From: Octopus sinensis
Lineage: Eukaryota
NCBI RefSeq assembly: GCF_006345805.1
Contig: NC_043008.1
Span: 60,884,001 to 60,948,000, forward strand
Direction: 5' to 3'
Length of the DNA stretch: 64,000 bases
A program made the translations under genes and the position numbers. Numbering within the stretch: the stretch's first letter is position 1; each line of letters opens with the position of its first letter. Shown here one piece after another: positions 37,381 to 50,067 of this stretch. The notes under the pieces were generated by a model that searched no databases, had not been told where the DNA came from, and saw only the letters and a program-made list of their open reading frames with translations.

Positions 37381-40300
37381 TAAGTCGGCTCACAGAGAAT
37401 ATAAGAAATGATGGCACGGCCAATTTTTGAAACTTTCGTCATAATTGGGGGTTTGAAGAAGGAAGTGCCTGTTGACTTTATGTAGGAGTTCTTGCCTAGC
37501 GGAACCCTTGCTATTCCAGATTGTTCTTACATCTCAACTAGAATTCAACAACCTAACTGACAAAAAATTTCGTTAACTATGCCTTCAGTTCGGTGCCAAC
37601 AAGTATTCATTCACTTCCCCCCATAATGTCTTCATGCATGAATGTTGAGCATCTATGCAATGAAATCACCAAACACAAATCAAATTTAGCGCTAGCTGTA
37701 ATCTTTCTAACGTTTCTAAGGATTAATGATGTGGTGACTGCATCTTGCAAATAAATATTATCAATTTTCAAATGGTATTAGTGACGTAAATTAATGGCAG
37801 ACCAACTAAGGTAAATACTCTGAATTATGAGTTACACTGATATTTTCCAGTGTGTTTTATTCTGATGTCCATGTTGTATATATTCACAGTCGACAGAAAA
37901 ACTATGAAAATCCGAAGTACAACTATCTTTCTGAAAGAATGCGTTATTGTATTGTTTCACGCTCAAGGCAGACAGATGGTAGATAAACACTGTAGATGAA
38001 TATAGCTGAATGAAGATACCATAAAGCAATAACATTTGATCCAATGAATTATTAGTCTATAAGCAATTAATGTATTTTAGTTGCTGATGTCTCTAGTAGA
38101 TAATGTCCAGCTGGTTTGTCACTGTCTGTTTGCTAATTGGAAATTATAGATGTCTGAAAGAAATCAGGAAATAAGATTTCAAAATGTGCACTCTACATTA
38201 ATGAAACAAAACAGTTTAAGCTTCATTTTCAGATGACTTCTTGTAATAGAGTGATAAAACCGAAGCTTAATGGTTTATTCGCCAATCGTTAAGTTACATA
38301 TCTAATAGTCAGTAATACGTTTCACTTTTATGTGATTCACAGCGAATAACAAAATGTAATTCTCTTTTACAGAAGGACGAGCGTCTTTGTTTCGCATTCA
38401 AGTTGGGTCAAATTCATATTTCTAATACCACACATGCCGTTGGTATAACTAACTTGGCGCCTAGTCTTTATCATCAAAATATCGCTACGTACCTATTTTA
38501 AAATAAACTGATGATGTACGCTATTGATACTGTTATCATTAATTTTTTAAACACTGCATTTAAGCTGAAAACCTTGATACTGAATAGTTCTCTGATGTAT
38601 ATTCCTGGTGCATAATATGGCTGATATATTGTATCTCGAGCTACCGACTGAATAAGTATTGCGCTACTACTGTCTAACACATGAAACACAGTTGCAACCA
38701 TAAGTATCACACTTTTAAGAATTTAGTAATTTGGTCGGTCATTGAAACTATGCAGAACAAATGAGATTATCGTATAGCTCACGACTTTAGTTCAAAATAA
38801 ATACAGAAGCAATCAATTGGAAGAGTCATTACGGTGTGAGATAGAATATCTAGGGAGGCGTGTTCTGATTCTATACACTTTTGAAGACAATTTTCGATTT
38901 CCCCCTTTTAAAGTGATTGAAAGAAAATCAGTCGGATCGTTGTGTTGCGATATTTAATCCAGTTTTTGTGTAAGAAACTCAAATCTCACTGTAGTTTGCT
39001 TGGGTGATACTCTTAATACTGCTCCTTTTAACAACACAACCACCAGGTAAGAAACATGACTTTACTGGGTCCTTCTCTGATGCAAGCAATCTCATCTGTC
39101 ACCTGTTAGAAGATAAATTCTCACTAGTCTGAGAGGGTCTGAAAATAATTACGGAGATTACATTTTCCCCTGTACAAAAAGCATAATAGAATACGCTGTT
39201 ACTCATTTAGTCAGTTTTTCTTAATCTATAAACCCCTTTTATATTCGATTGTAATATAATCTATGCAAAAACAAAATTTTTGGCAACGTGCTAATGTAAA
39301 TTTTATTTATGCATGAAATTAATGATCATATAGATATACAGTAATGCTTGTATGTACAAGGAGAATGGAAGCAAAATAAGCAAATTCATAATTATATTGA
39401 GATGGAGAGCTTCATAACTATGTGGTACTCCTGACACGACCAAATGCAGCATATCCATGTTAATTAATTTTGTGGCAATTAACTTATCACTCACATTATA
39501 TAACAGGTAAATGTATGTGGACAATCTATGGTGGAAATTAGTAAATATGACACACCTACCTATCCCTGAACCGAAACACAGGACAATGAGGAAAACTTGT
39601 ATATTGTCATTTTATCTGATTGTAATAAGAACAGAATCTCACTCAAAACACATCTTAGCTTTTGAAACATAGTTACGTTAGAAGAAATTAGTGACAGTTT
39701 CCAAGAGTAAACCATTACTGAAAAAAAGATGGGTGCATGTAGCAAGGATGGCACGTATGAATGATGAAGCCACCTTGAGCATAATCCTATGAACCCGGAA
39801 AAATTTAAAACAGACAGTTACTTACTTGCAAATAAATGTGTTAACATGTGATATTAATGACCGAGTTTACTGTGGTCTTTTCCGTAGGCTTTTCTTTCCA
39901 CGGATAAACCTTATCTGTTTCCCCCTTTACACTTTACATCATGACACTTCTGTGATACACAATCTCTATTGATCGCTTTTTCTTTGCTTTTTTTCCTTTC
40001 TACGATCCCTTTTTATCGAAAACTTACCACACTTTTATTTTCTCCCCCAAAAGAAAAGCTCTACTTTGTAATTTGTCCTGTCTGTGTCCAGCCCTGGTGT
40101 GGCTAATAAACATATGCTTCGGATTTGATAAATGATAGGAAATTGGGGTAACGTAACGAATGGAAACAGTTGACGGAGTATGCCAGACTAATGAATACAG
40201 AACATCGAAGACGTATAGCCCCAAAGGTCAGTATATTTTACTCCTCGACAGCCGAAAATAAGGACAAAAACTTTTTGTGAATTTATTAATACAATGCTAT

Positions 40301-42977
40301 TTACATTGATTTTGAGAAAGAAGAGAAACACGAAGCATTAATATAATATTTCATCAGGTTAACACAATAAGGCTGACCTGGAATTAAGCAATAACAAAAC
40401 AAGTGCAGTACCAAATCCAAATGCTGTGAGAGATAATTATCATACATGCGAAGGAATGTTAAAGATGTAGCTGATGAAATATACTCTTGATTAGTTTTAT
40501 GTTTAAACATTTTGTTACCTATAATTGCTAAATGAGTTAAGTGACATGCTTGCAAATACTCACACATAACGCATATACATATACATAATCCATATACATG
40601 TAACAATACTCAAACGCCCTCAGTTGAGATCGTATGACGTTATTTGGTAATACCAATTTCATGATTCGCATTGTTACTGTGGGCAGTGAATATAAATCTG
40701 GATTAGTCGGCCTCAAGTGTGATGGGTGGCGCCAATTGGACAAACCGCAGGAAGGCCGTACAAAACATACCGCAACATTAGAGTAGCTAAATGGCAAATT
40801 TAGATTTAATGATTTTCCCTGGGAACAAATAGTTTCACACCACAAAACAAAGTAACTCTTGTTACACGTGCAATAAGATATCTGAATGGAATGTACCCAA
40901 TGTCAGTCAGAAATGCCTTTTTAATTACCTCCACAGTTGCTGCACGAAAACATGCAAGGCTTACGGTCCATTATCGGTTGTTTGTACAGCATGATTGTTA
41001 ATAGAAAACTATTGATTTCAGTAACATTAGAAATATGGAAATTCTCTTCGTATGATGCCATTAGTCTAGAAAAGGAGACATTAGAGAATAGAACAGCAAG
41101 AATAGAGTCAATTCTTTTACTACAAATTGTTGCTTTTGACCTAAGGAGAATTTGTAGCGAGGTCAGTGTGCAAAATATGGTGATGGCGGAATAAGTATTG
41201 CTGTTACCCTATTTGACATCGTGGTAACTGAAATGATCGTATATAAATGCTATTCAGGTTCTATTGAGGATTAATTTGAAATTTGAGTATCAGACAGGAA
41301 TTAAAGGAATAAATACTGCGTAATTATTAAGGAACGTGAGGAATTAGAGAAATACATGAGGGGTTATAAAGAAATGCGGTCGCCACAGCAGGAAATGTAT
41401 ACACGGATCATGTTTGGCAGTTGTTATAGCAACGCCAACCAGAAATTTCAAATACCACTTACAGGAACCACCAAAATGTTTCAAGATAAATGACATCATT
41501 GCTAGAGAATCAGTAACGTTCGTTTAAAACAGAACAGTGACTATGTCTGAGATGTTGCCATTTTACTGTCGCTTTTAGAAATGAAGAAGAACTTGTCCGG
41601 ACGTTTTGAATTTAAAAAATGTCTTGTCAAGTCGCATAAATTATGGAAACACAAAAGCAAAAAGTCATACGGCAAATACATCTGAAACTTGATAACACAT
41701 CAATAACATGTCTTGCATTACAAAGGAACAAATATACCTAGTTTTCTGGTATATATTCAGAAATGGCAGCCATTTCTATACGCAATAGATATTACATGAG
41801 AAGGAAATAAGTTTAATTGATGAGCAAAATGCATAGAATCTAGTCTTTAGCTTTCCTCTATGTCTGAGAATCAGTAAATAAGTAAATTTACAAGCCTAGC
41901 CCCAAGTCACGCTGCTACGATCTCTTCTCACTTTCAGACAAGGTAAGTATCGGAACCCATAGAATCTATATTTCCTCCCGGAAATTAAATGTATCGAATG
42001 TTCCTAGCGACTAATTGTCATCGATGTATACCAGAATAATTCACAGCTTCCTCGGACATTTAATTTTATGATAATTGACGCAATTAATCAGGTTCTTAGG
42101 CGTCCTTAATTGCGATTTGTTTAATTACTCGCTTTATTTATATTCCTTTCAGTTCTAGCTTGTTTATTTCGGCTTTTCCCCTATATGTCCACCAGAAGAA
42201 CAAATCTCTCATTAAAGAAACACGAATCGTGTATGTATTCATTTAACTTTCATAATCTTGAGATTATCTCTTTCTTAATATCCATCAGCATGTGTTCCGT
42301 GTATCTAGATGTAGTGCGGTTATTACACTCACTTTTGTAACTTCATCATTAAGTATTTTCGGAGTGACAGTGGTGAGATTGACATCAGCAATGCTTTAAT
42401 CGTATCTAGTATGAACAAGTTCCACTTAAATCATTCACTAATATTTACACATATCACTAGTATATTGCGCCGGAAGACTCTTCTGAGATAGGAATATCAG
42501 TGTGTCTGCTGCTAAATCCTCCTTCCCTCACCGAAGTGTGCCCTAGCCGACATAAAATGACTTCAGATAAAATTAATTTTACTTGTGTTTCATGTACCTG
42601 CATCTTTCAAGTTGCTCATTTAGGAGAGTAGGGACATGAAGTTCAAAGTTCATAGAACTAGATGAAGGTGCGTCGCAACAATGAAGTTAAACGAAATCAA
42701 AACAAATTTTAGGAACGCTAATACTTACATTGGTGTTTTGATGTAGAGTAACCCTTGAAAGAGATAATGTCTTTAATATGACAGTAACGTTTCTACCAGG
42801 ACAAAAAAATAAAAGGTATGGGAATAGAGGTGTTTTGAACACTTAAAAAGAGGACTAAAAGTTTATTATTATTGACCTTTCCCGGTGAGAATATCCAGGT
42901 TAATTTGTTTATTTCGTTTGCTTATTTTGTTAGGCAATGATGAGTGAAGTGACGATTATAAGGTATTGTGTTTATCG

Positions 42978-43359
42978 GGAGGCGCAATGGCCCAGTTGTT
43001 AGGGCAGCGGACTCGCGGTCGGAGGATCGCGGTTTCGATTCCCAGACCGGGCGTTGTGAGTGTTTATTGAGCGAAAACACCTAAAGCTCCACGAGACTCC
43101 GGTAGGGGATGGTGGTGATCCATGCTGTACTCTTTCACCACAACTTTCTCTCACTCTTACTTCCTGTTTCTATTGTACCTGTATTTCAAAGGGCCGGCCT
43201 TGTCACTCTCTGTGTCATGCTGAATATCCCCGAGAACTACGTTAAGGGTACACGTGTCTGTGGGGTGCTCAGCCACTTACACGTTAATTTCACGAGCAGG
43301 CTGTTCCGTTGATTCGGATCAACCGGAACCCCCGTCGTCTTAACCGACGGAGTGCTTCC
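42978..43359 (+). mobile_element. SINE family C, tail type 1
   Basis: Near-identical to 16197-16580; 13-bp TSD ATTGTGTTTATCG at 42965-42977 and 43360-43372. Confidence 0.93.
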
Positions 43360-44516
43360 ATTGTGTTTATCGATGTACTCAAAGAGAATTGCATGGAATC
43401 TAAAATTTCAGTAATAGAAGGCGCACATATTTGGTAGGTAGAATTCTAGATTCTAGAGATAATACCAGAGTTTGTGAGATGATGCCTCTTCCCATTAGGT
43501 TATCAAAGAGTCGAGTGGCTAGGTTCTGTTAACAATTCTCACTGTTAGTTTAACAATTAACCACGTAATGCCTTCGTTATATGCCCGTGGGCGACAGTTA
43601 TTGCAATAAGCATCATATTTATTTTCAATGAAATATACCCGATATCAGTTATTCTACGTTCACATGACATTATTGAATGTGTAATATTTAGCGACACGGT
43701 GATGCAGCCTCTGTAGAAATGGATTTTTACTGATACCAGGAAAGCTAGTTAGAATCTTACAAAGAGGTTACCCAATAGTTCCTTAAGAGATAAATGCACC
43801 ATTGCTTGATTAGAAAAAGAATACCACAGTAAATATCTACTTAACAGGGCAGCTTAATATTTAAATTTTAATTACTGTTCAAAATCCTTTTAGACTGGAG
43901 GAGCAGTCAATTTATTGGAAGCCGTTAATATCATATAAAAGGAGCCATATATTGTTTTAAGGGCAGATTTCATATTTTACTTTAAATTCTAAATCATAAT
44001 ATTTCGTGAATTGCATAGTCAATTTAACTGCAACCATCGATATATCATTATAATCATAGTCAAAAAGCTGAAGTTTTATGTAGAAATGTCTTAAAGATGA
44101 AATTTGCGGACTGCGTGTGTCAAAAGGGAAATTTAAAGAAGTAAAATGAACAGCAAATTTAATGTTGTGGGAGACGTTGCATTGTGGATAGATGCATTCA
44201 CTAATATTTTTGAGTATATACAAACCTGTTTAAAGTGTTTCGTTATGTTACATCTTGAAACAAGGGCTATAAAATTCGTGCTATCTTTATGCTAACGCCC
44301 GAAATGTGTGGTGAAAAATTCGTGGAGTCAAGAAGTACCACATTTCCATAGAAGGGATGATCTGTAGTACAGGTAACAATTTCAGGGTATAATTATTTTC
44401 GGAATTCAAAAATCCTTCAGAAGTCTATCCACCGAGCCACACCAAGATTTTCCAAATCAAAAGTAGATTTAAAGTAATACACCAATTTTAGGGTTTCGCT
44501 GATGTTGTGTCAGTGC

Positions 44517-44708
44517 ATACATACATACATACATACATACATACATACATACATACATACATACATACATACATGCATACATACATACATACATACATGC
44601 ATACATGCATACATGCATGCATACATACATACATGCATACATACATACATACATACATACATACATACATACATACATACATACATACATACATACATAC
44701 ATACATAC
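44517..44708. repeat. (CATA)n microsatellite with CATG variants
   Basis: Directly visible. Confidence 0.97.
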
Positions 44709-44781
44709 AAATAACAGTGAACACCTCGTCAGATCAGTTAACAAAATGTCATGGCTACATGCTGGAATATGCGGAAAGAAT

Positions 44782-45130
44782 AAGATTAATGCCAACCACA
44801 CATATTTTCTTGATGATATAAAATTATATTCTGGTAATATGACCAACATCAAGAGTCAATTTTAACTAGTCACAACATTCTCAGGCGATATAGGAATGTA
44901 TTTTAGGAAAGACAGAGAACATGTAGATCGACAGCTTGTCTATCTTCCACATCTCTGATCATTAAAGCTACACGTATCTCGGAACCGTTGGGAATATTGC
45001 ATATGTTGGTTTTGGGACTAAAACCAGAATAACAAAGCAAAACTTCTGTAGATTCCGGAAAATATGAAACTCATATCTCAGAATGTGAGACCATATCTTA
45101 CGATGCTTTTGTAGTGCTTGTGCTAATACA
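44782..45130 (+). pseudogene. R4/Dong-type reverse transcriptase fragment
   Basis: NHTYFLDDIKLYSGN...VTTFSGDIGMYF (catalytic DD motif region) and YTYLG. Confidence 0.6.
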
Positions 45131-45224
45131 AACTTTTGGGATATTGGACTGAATTCTCGACGAAATACGCAGCCTAGAAATCGGATGTACTGACCGCCAC
45201 TGGGAAATTTCATGTTAAGAGCCG

Positions 45225-45340
<116 letters not shown>

Positions 45341-45436
45341 TTAAAACCTAGCCATCGGAATGGCATCATTTGAAAGGTACAGCTATACGAGGAAGCAAAT
45401 TGTAACCAGCAGTGTATACCGGCACTCGATAATGTC

Positions 45437-45488
<52 letters not shown>

Positions 45489-45664
45489 TGTGTGTGTGCT
45501 GAACCACAAAAGAAATATCGCTCACATACTAAATGGAAATTGCGTTACTAATAGACTGCCATAGCATTGATCGAAGAGTAGTAATTAAGAAGCCGGTCTT
45601 CCTTAGTGATAAGCCATCAATTTCCTGAAACGCATGGTATCATGTGATGACGGAATGTCCTGGA

Positions 45665-46290
45665 TCCGAAGAGATGAATTCGATATCTCGTGTGCCAACC
45701 GTTAGCATTGATTACCATGGGGATAGCACCTCACACTCTGTTAAGGATTGCAGTAAGTTGTTTCACAGTTGTCGGTCTTGGACTGATGTTATTTAGCCTT
45801 CATTGGATTTCGTCCAACAGGTGCTCTATGAGGTTCAAGTCCGTACATAGGGCAGGGCAGTGTCTGGATGCTATGCTGTTGGAAGAAAGCTGCTCTCAAC
45901 CTGGCAGTATGGTCACGGACGTTGTCGTACTGAAATATGTGATTCCGATGACGAGCTAAGTATTGCACAATTGGTCGATGTAGCGAGCAGCGGTTACTCC
46001 ATCGCTCTGGCCTTGGCCGATGTTTTGGAAGATAACCAGTCCATGTTTCTGGTTAGTGCAATCACGTCCAATATCGTGATACTCTGTCCTCTCCATTAGA
46101 CTCTCTCCACCACACAGCCATCGACATAATGTCATCCCTTCTTCTCCAAACCCTAGCTCTGCCATCTGCCACAGAAATTCGATATCGACTTTCGTCAGAG
46201 AAGACTAAAATTCTCCACTGCTAATATCGCCAGTTCTGACGTTTTTGAGTCCACTACAGAGGTACATGGCGATGACGATGTGTGAACATG
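45665..46290 (-). pseudogene. Tc1-family (DD34E-like) transposase fragment
   Basis: VFSDESRYRI..DGRARVWRR, FQYDNVRDHTAR, DLNLIEHLLDEIQ, NANGWHTRY; stops and frameshifts. Confidence 0.85.
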
Positions 46291-46906
46291 GGGCCCCATA
46301 AAAGTTATTCCTCAATCAAGATTTAACTCAGTACACCGAACGCCAGGTACTAATATACTGAATATGAGCCGCATATGTCCCTGCAAATGATAATTAAATT
46401 CAATACAAAAAGAATTTAGCTGAATATTTATTTCATAATAACTACACAGCATTAAAATATTACAGCGAATGAATTTTATTCAATTGTTTTATATGAAATA
46501 TAAGTAAAGAACAACGGTGAATGCATCTATAATGCAAAACAATTAGATTCACATCTGATGCGCCTTGCATTTACACGTTATTACATAATCTGTAGAAATT
46601 GCTGACACAAGAGAAACGTAGAAAAAAACCTAAGGAATAACACCAAAATAAAATAAATTTTCTCTCCATGATTTGCTAGTGTTTGAATATATTTTTAACT
46701 ACTGTTATTGCTAACACTATCTAATAGAAATTGTGGTATTACACGATATGATTGGATGCGCGAATAATTTTTATTGAATTATTGGAATTTGTTTTACGTG
46801 TACTTAATTTTATTGTGTTCCGTTTTTTCTGTGCGTTTCCTTTTTAGATTAACTGATTTCATATTTTTGCGTAACTCATTTTGAGGCATACAAAGTAAAC
46901 AAAGTG

Positions 46907-46928
46907 TATATATATATATATAATATAT

Positions 46929-46975
<47 letters not shown>

Positions 46976-47020
46976 TATATGTATATATATATATAATATA
47001 TATATACATATACATAATAT

Positions 47021-47078
<58 letters not shown>

Positions 47079-47091
47079 TATATAATATATA

Positions 47092-47145
<54 letters not shown>

Positions 47146-47147
47146 TA

Positions 47148-47180
<33 letters not shown>

Positions 47181-47195
47181 ATATATGTATATATT
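46907..47195. repeat. Long interrupted (TA)n microsatellite
   Basis: Directly visible. Confidence 0.97.
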
Positions 47196-47767
47196 CACAC
47201 TGAGAGAATCGTTAGAAATTTAAAAAAACGCAATGAAAGGCAATAAAAAGAAGCAATTTTTTGCACTGAAGTTTGTAATCAGTCACTAAAAAATGGGTGG
47301 TGTGTTTAGAAACAATTTATATGTGAGAGAGAACAGTGAACACTAACACTGAAAACGTAGGTGTTCAATCAATGAAAGAAAAATGCCTGCCGTAAATTTA
47401 TGTAATCGTATTTAATAGTATATGTAGGATGAGAGCTGAATTGAGAACATAAAAAGAGCATAAGCGTGAAAGTAATTTACATATACGAATATGTGTGTGT
47501 GTTTGTGTGTTTACGCGCTTTGTGTGTATGTGTGTGCTTCTGAGTGTGTGTATGTATCTTTTATCCCTTGTTTCAATCTTCGCACATGGTCCATACTGAG
47601 GTAAAACCTTCGATAAATTTATAGGTCTCTTTTTGCTGATGGTCTAAACAAACTAACACTGATTTTCAAGCTGTGATGGTAGACAAGCACAATCGCAAAT
47701 ACATATACATATGTATTTTTTTTAAATACACACACACACACACACACAAACACAAATACACACAAAC

Positions 47768-47798
<31 letters not shown>

Positions 47799-47829
47799 AT
47801 CACACACACGCACAACAATGCGCACATAT

Positions 47830-47977
47830 ACATACGACAAGTTTCTTTCAGTTTCTTTCAACCAAGTCTACTTTCAAGGCTTTGGTCAGCTCGAGGCAAT
47901 AGTAGAAGTGACTTAACCAAGGTGCCGTGCAGTGGAGTTGAACCGTGGAGCAAGCTTCTTACAACTCAGCCACACCC
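47830..47977 (-). mobile_element. SINE family A 5' fragment, degenerate
   Basis: TTTCTTTCAGTTTC...AAGGTGCCGTGCAGTGG...GCAAGCTTCTTAC..CAGCCAC. Confidence 0.65.
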
Positions 47978-48836
47978 GATTTCCCATCCAATCAAATGCC
48001 CGAGACATAACTCTAAAAACGATGCATTTTTAATTTAATCTCGGTTCACCAGGTGTTTAGAAAGCCTGACCATAACTAGCTGCTTGACTTAAACGTGTAT
48101 ATAGAATTGTATATATAGAAATCATTTTGATAAAAATTAGTTAGATGCTAGTGTAATTTATATCAATGTATCATTATGCATTTATGCAAAGAATGAAATA
48201 TTACTCGTTCTCTCCTATAAAACTACATTCTCTAATTGATAAGTTAGTTCGGGAGAGAAATCAGTACACGTTTCTGATGTATTCTCAGCTCCTTAGCTAT
48301 AAGCCATATTAAAAAGTATGTAGAAAATACTCCTTGTAAATTTTTATATTGAAACTTATATATTATAAAATGCACAAATGTTACAAAGTTTCCAAATGGC
48401 TTAAATATGTGCTTATTGACATAAATATAGCAATTTTCCGGCCAAGATATAGATATGGAAATTTTGAAATACGAGGCATATAATGATTTTTTTTTATTTT
48501 ACTTCGTAGCTATTTAAAAAAAAATTGATTATAAAACTGATATTAATTGCTCGTCCTAAAATTCTCAAAATTGGTGACAAACAATTTTCTGTTATCTATA
48601 TTTTTGCAACTATTTACAATCGAAAAACAAATTCTCTATTTTCACTTAAATTTACCGTATAATACATAACAATTTTCAATTAGTTGAAGCGTTTGAAAGA
48701 GAGAGAGAATAGTGAATCTTGATATATCGTAAGAGTGAAGAACTGCACAAAACTGCAAAGAATGTCTATTTCTAGAAATGGCATAGTTAATGCAAGAAAC
48801 CAAATCATTATAGAAATGAACGTGTATGCATATTTC

Positions 48837-49413
48837 GGATCTTTTCCTTTTGAACGGCAGTTTGTAACATAATTACTAGGTAACTAAAAAGTTTTATACT
48901 TCGTATACTGGTAGAATGTGTTTACAAAACATCATTTTCTCTTGGTTTTATTGAGAAAATTCTATAGTTTGTAAGATATTTCGTCTGAAAATCCGAACAT
49001 TTCGGCAATTCTAAGAAATCGATTAACTCCATTGAACTAAAATCATTTGCTGCGTCTAAAACTTAGACAACATCCTGTAACTAACCCTAAACCTCCCCCT
49101 AATCCTAACCCTAATTTTTTTTTCTTAATTATTAACAATAATTTAACAATTAAGAAAAAAATTAGGGTTAGGGTTAGGGTTAGGGGGAGGTTTAGGGTTA
49201 GTTACAGGATGTTGTCTCAGTTTTAGACGCAGCAAAGAGATGCATAGGATTGGTTAAAATTCGAAAAATTAAACTACGTTAAACAAACAAATTACAATTT
49301 TCTCAAGAAAGCCAAGAGAAAAAATGTTTTATTTTGACACATTCTACTAGTATACGAAGTTTTAAAGTGTTTAGTTAACTAGAAATTGTCTGCCGTTCAA
49401 AAGGAAAAGATCC
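48837..49413. mobile_element. 577-bp foldback MITE with 8-bp TSD (Merlin- or hAT-like) and internal inverted TTAGGG repeats
   Basis: 25-bp perfect TIR GGATCTTTTCCTTTTGAACGGCAG / CTGCCGTTCAAAAGGAAAAGATCC region, TSD CATATTTC at 48829-48836 and 49414-49421, inner inverted arms 49046-49130 and 49148-49236. Confidence 0.9.
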
Positions 49414-49699
49414 CATATTTCTTTAAAATGTGGTATGGAAGAATACACATTTACCACGAATCTTACCAACTCTTTCTGCAAGGAGTTCATTTGTCACATT
49501 CTCACCAGGCACTCAGTCAACACTCAGTCATGAACGAAGCCTCCACAAACACTCTGCATTCGGCAGTGCACCACCTATTGCTCATCAGCATTGGAAAGCC
49601 AAGAAAACTAGTTTCAGTATAGCTTGTAAGTCTTAAAATCTTTGTAAAAACTGGAATTCCAGCAAAATCGGCGGACAAAACGCATATATTAAAGAGCTC

Positions 49700-50067
49700 C
49701 AGACAAAAAGGCGATATGTAGAGGCGTCTAGGGATTCCATGGACAGCGAGGCTCACCAATGGAGAATTTCTTAACCAGATCAAGCCGAAACTGTCGCGAG
49801 AAGCTAGGATCACCAACCACAGATTGGCATATTTTGGTCATATTATGCAGAGAAAATACCTGGAGAAGAGCATCATGCTCGGAATGGTTGGTAGAAAGAG
49901 GAGAAGAGGCCGACAAACAACCCACTAGCTTGACACCATCAAGAGTGACACGGGTATGGCCATAACCAATCTGAATGTAGCGACCCAGGATAAAACTGGC
50001 TGGATAACATTGATCCATCGAGTAACCGAGATTCGACTTCGACTGAGCGGATAGATAGATAGATAGA
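49700..50067 (+). mobile_element. RTE LINE 3' end with (GATA)n tail
   Basis: RRLGIPWTARLTN.E.L...LAYFGHIMQR..LEKSIMLGMV..KRRRGRQ...LDTI...W..LIHRVT, then GATAGATAGATAG. Confidence 0.88.

Noticed and set aside
37890-37978. Candidate exon RQKNYENPKYNYLSERMRYCIVSRSRQTD
   Set aside because: Donor GTAGAT is weak and the peptide is not recognisable.
46180-46205. CTGACGAAAG hammerhead-like core on the minus strand
   Set aside because: It is the codon sequence of the Tc1 FSDES motif; no stems.
49162-49203. True telomere or chromosome-fusion site
   Set aside because: Only a few repeats, enclosed within a TIR/TSD-bounded element.
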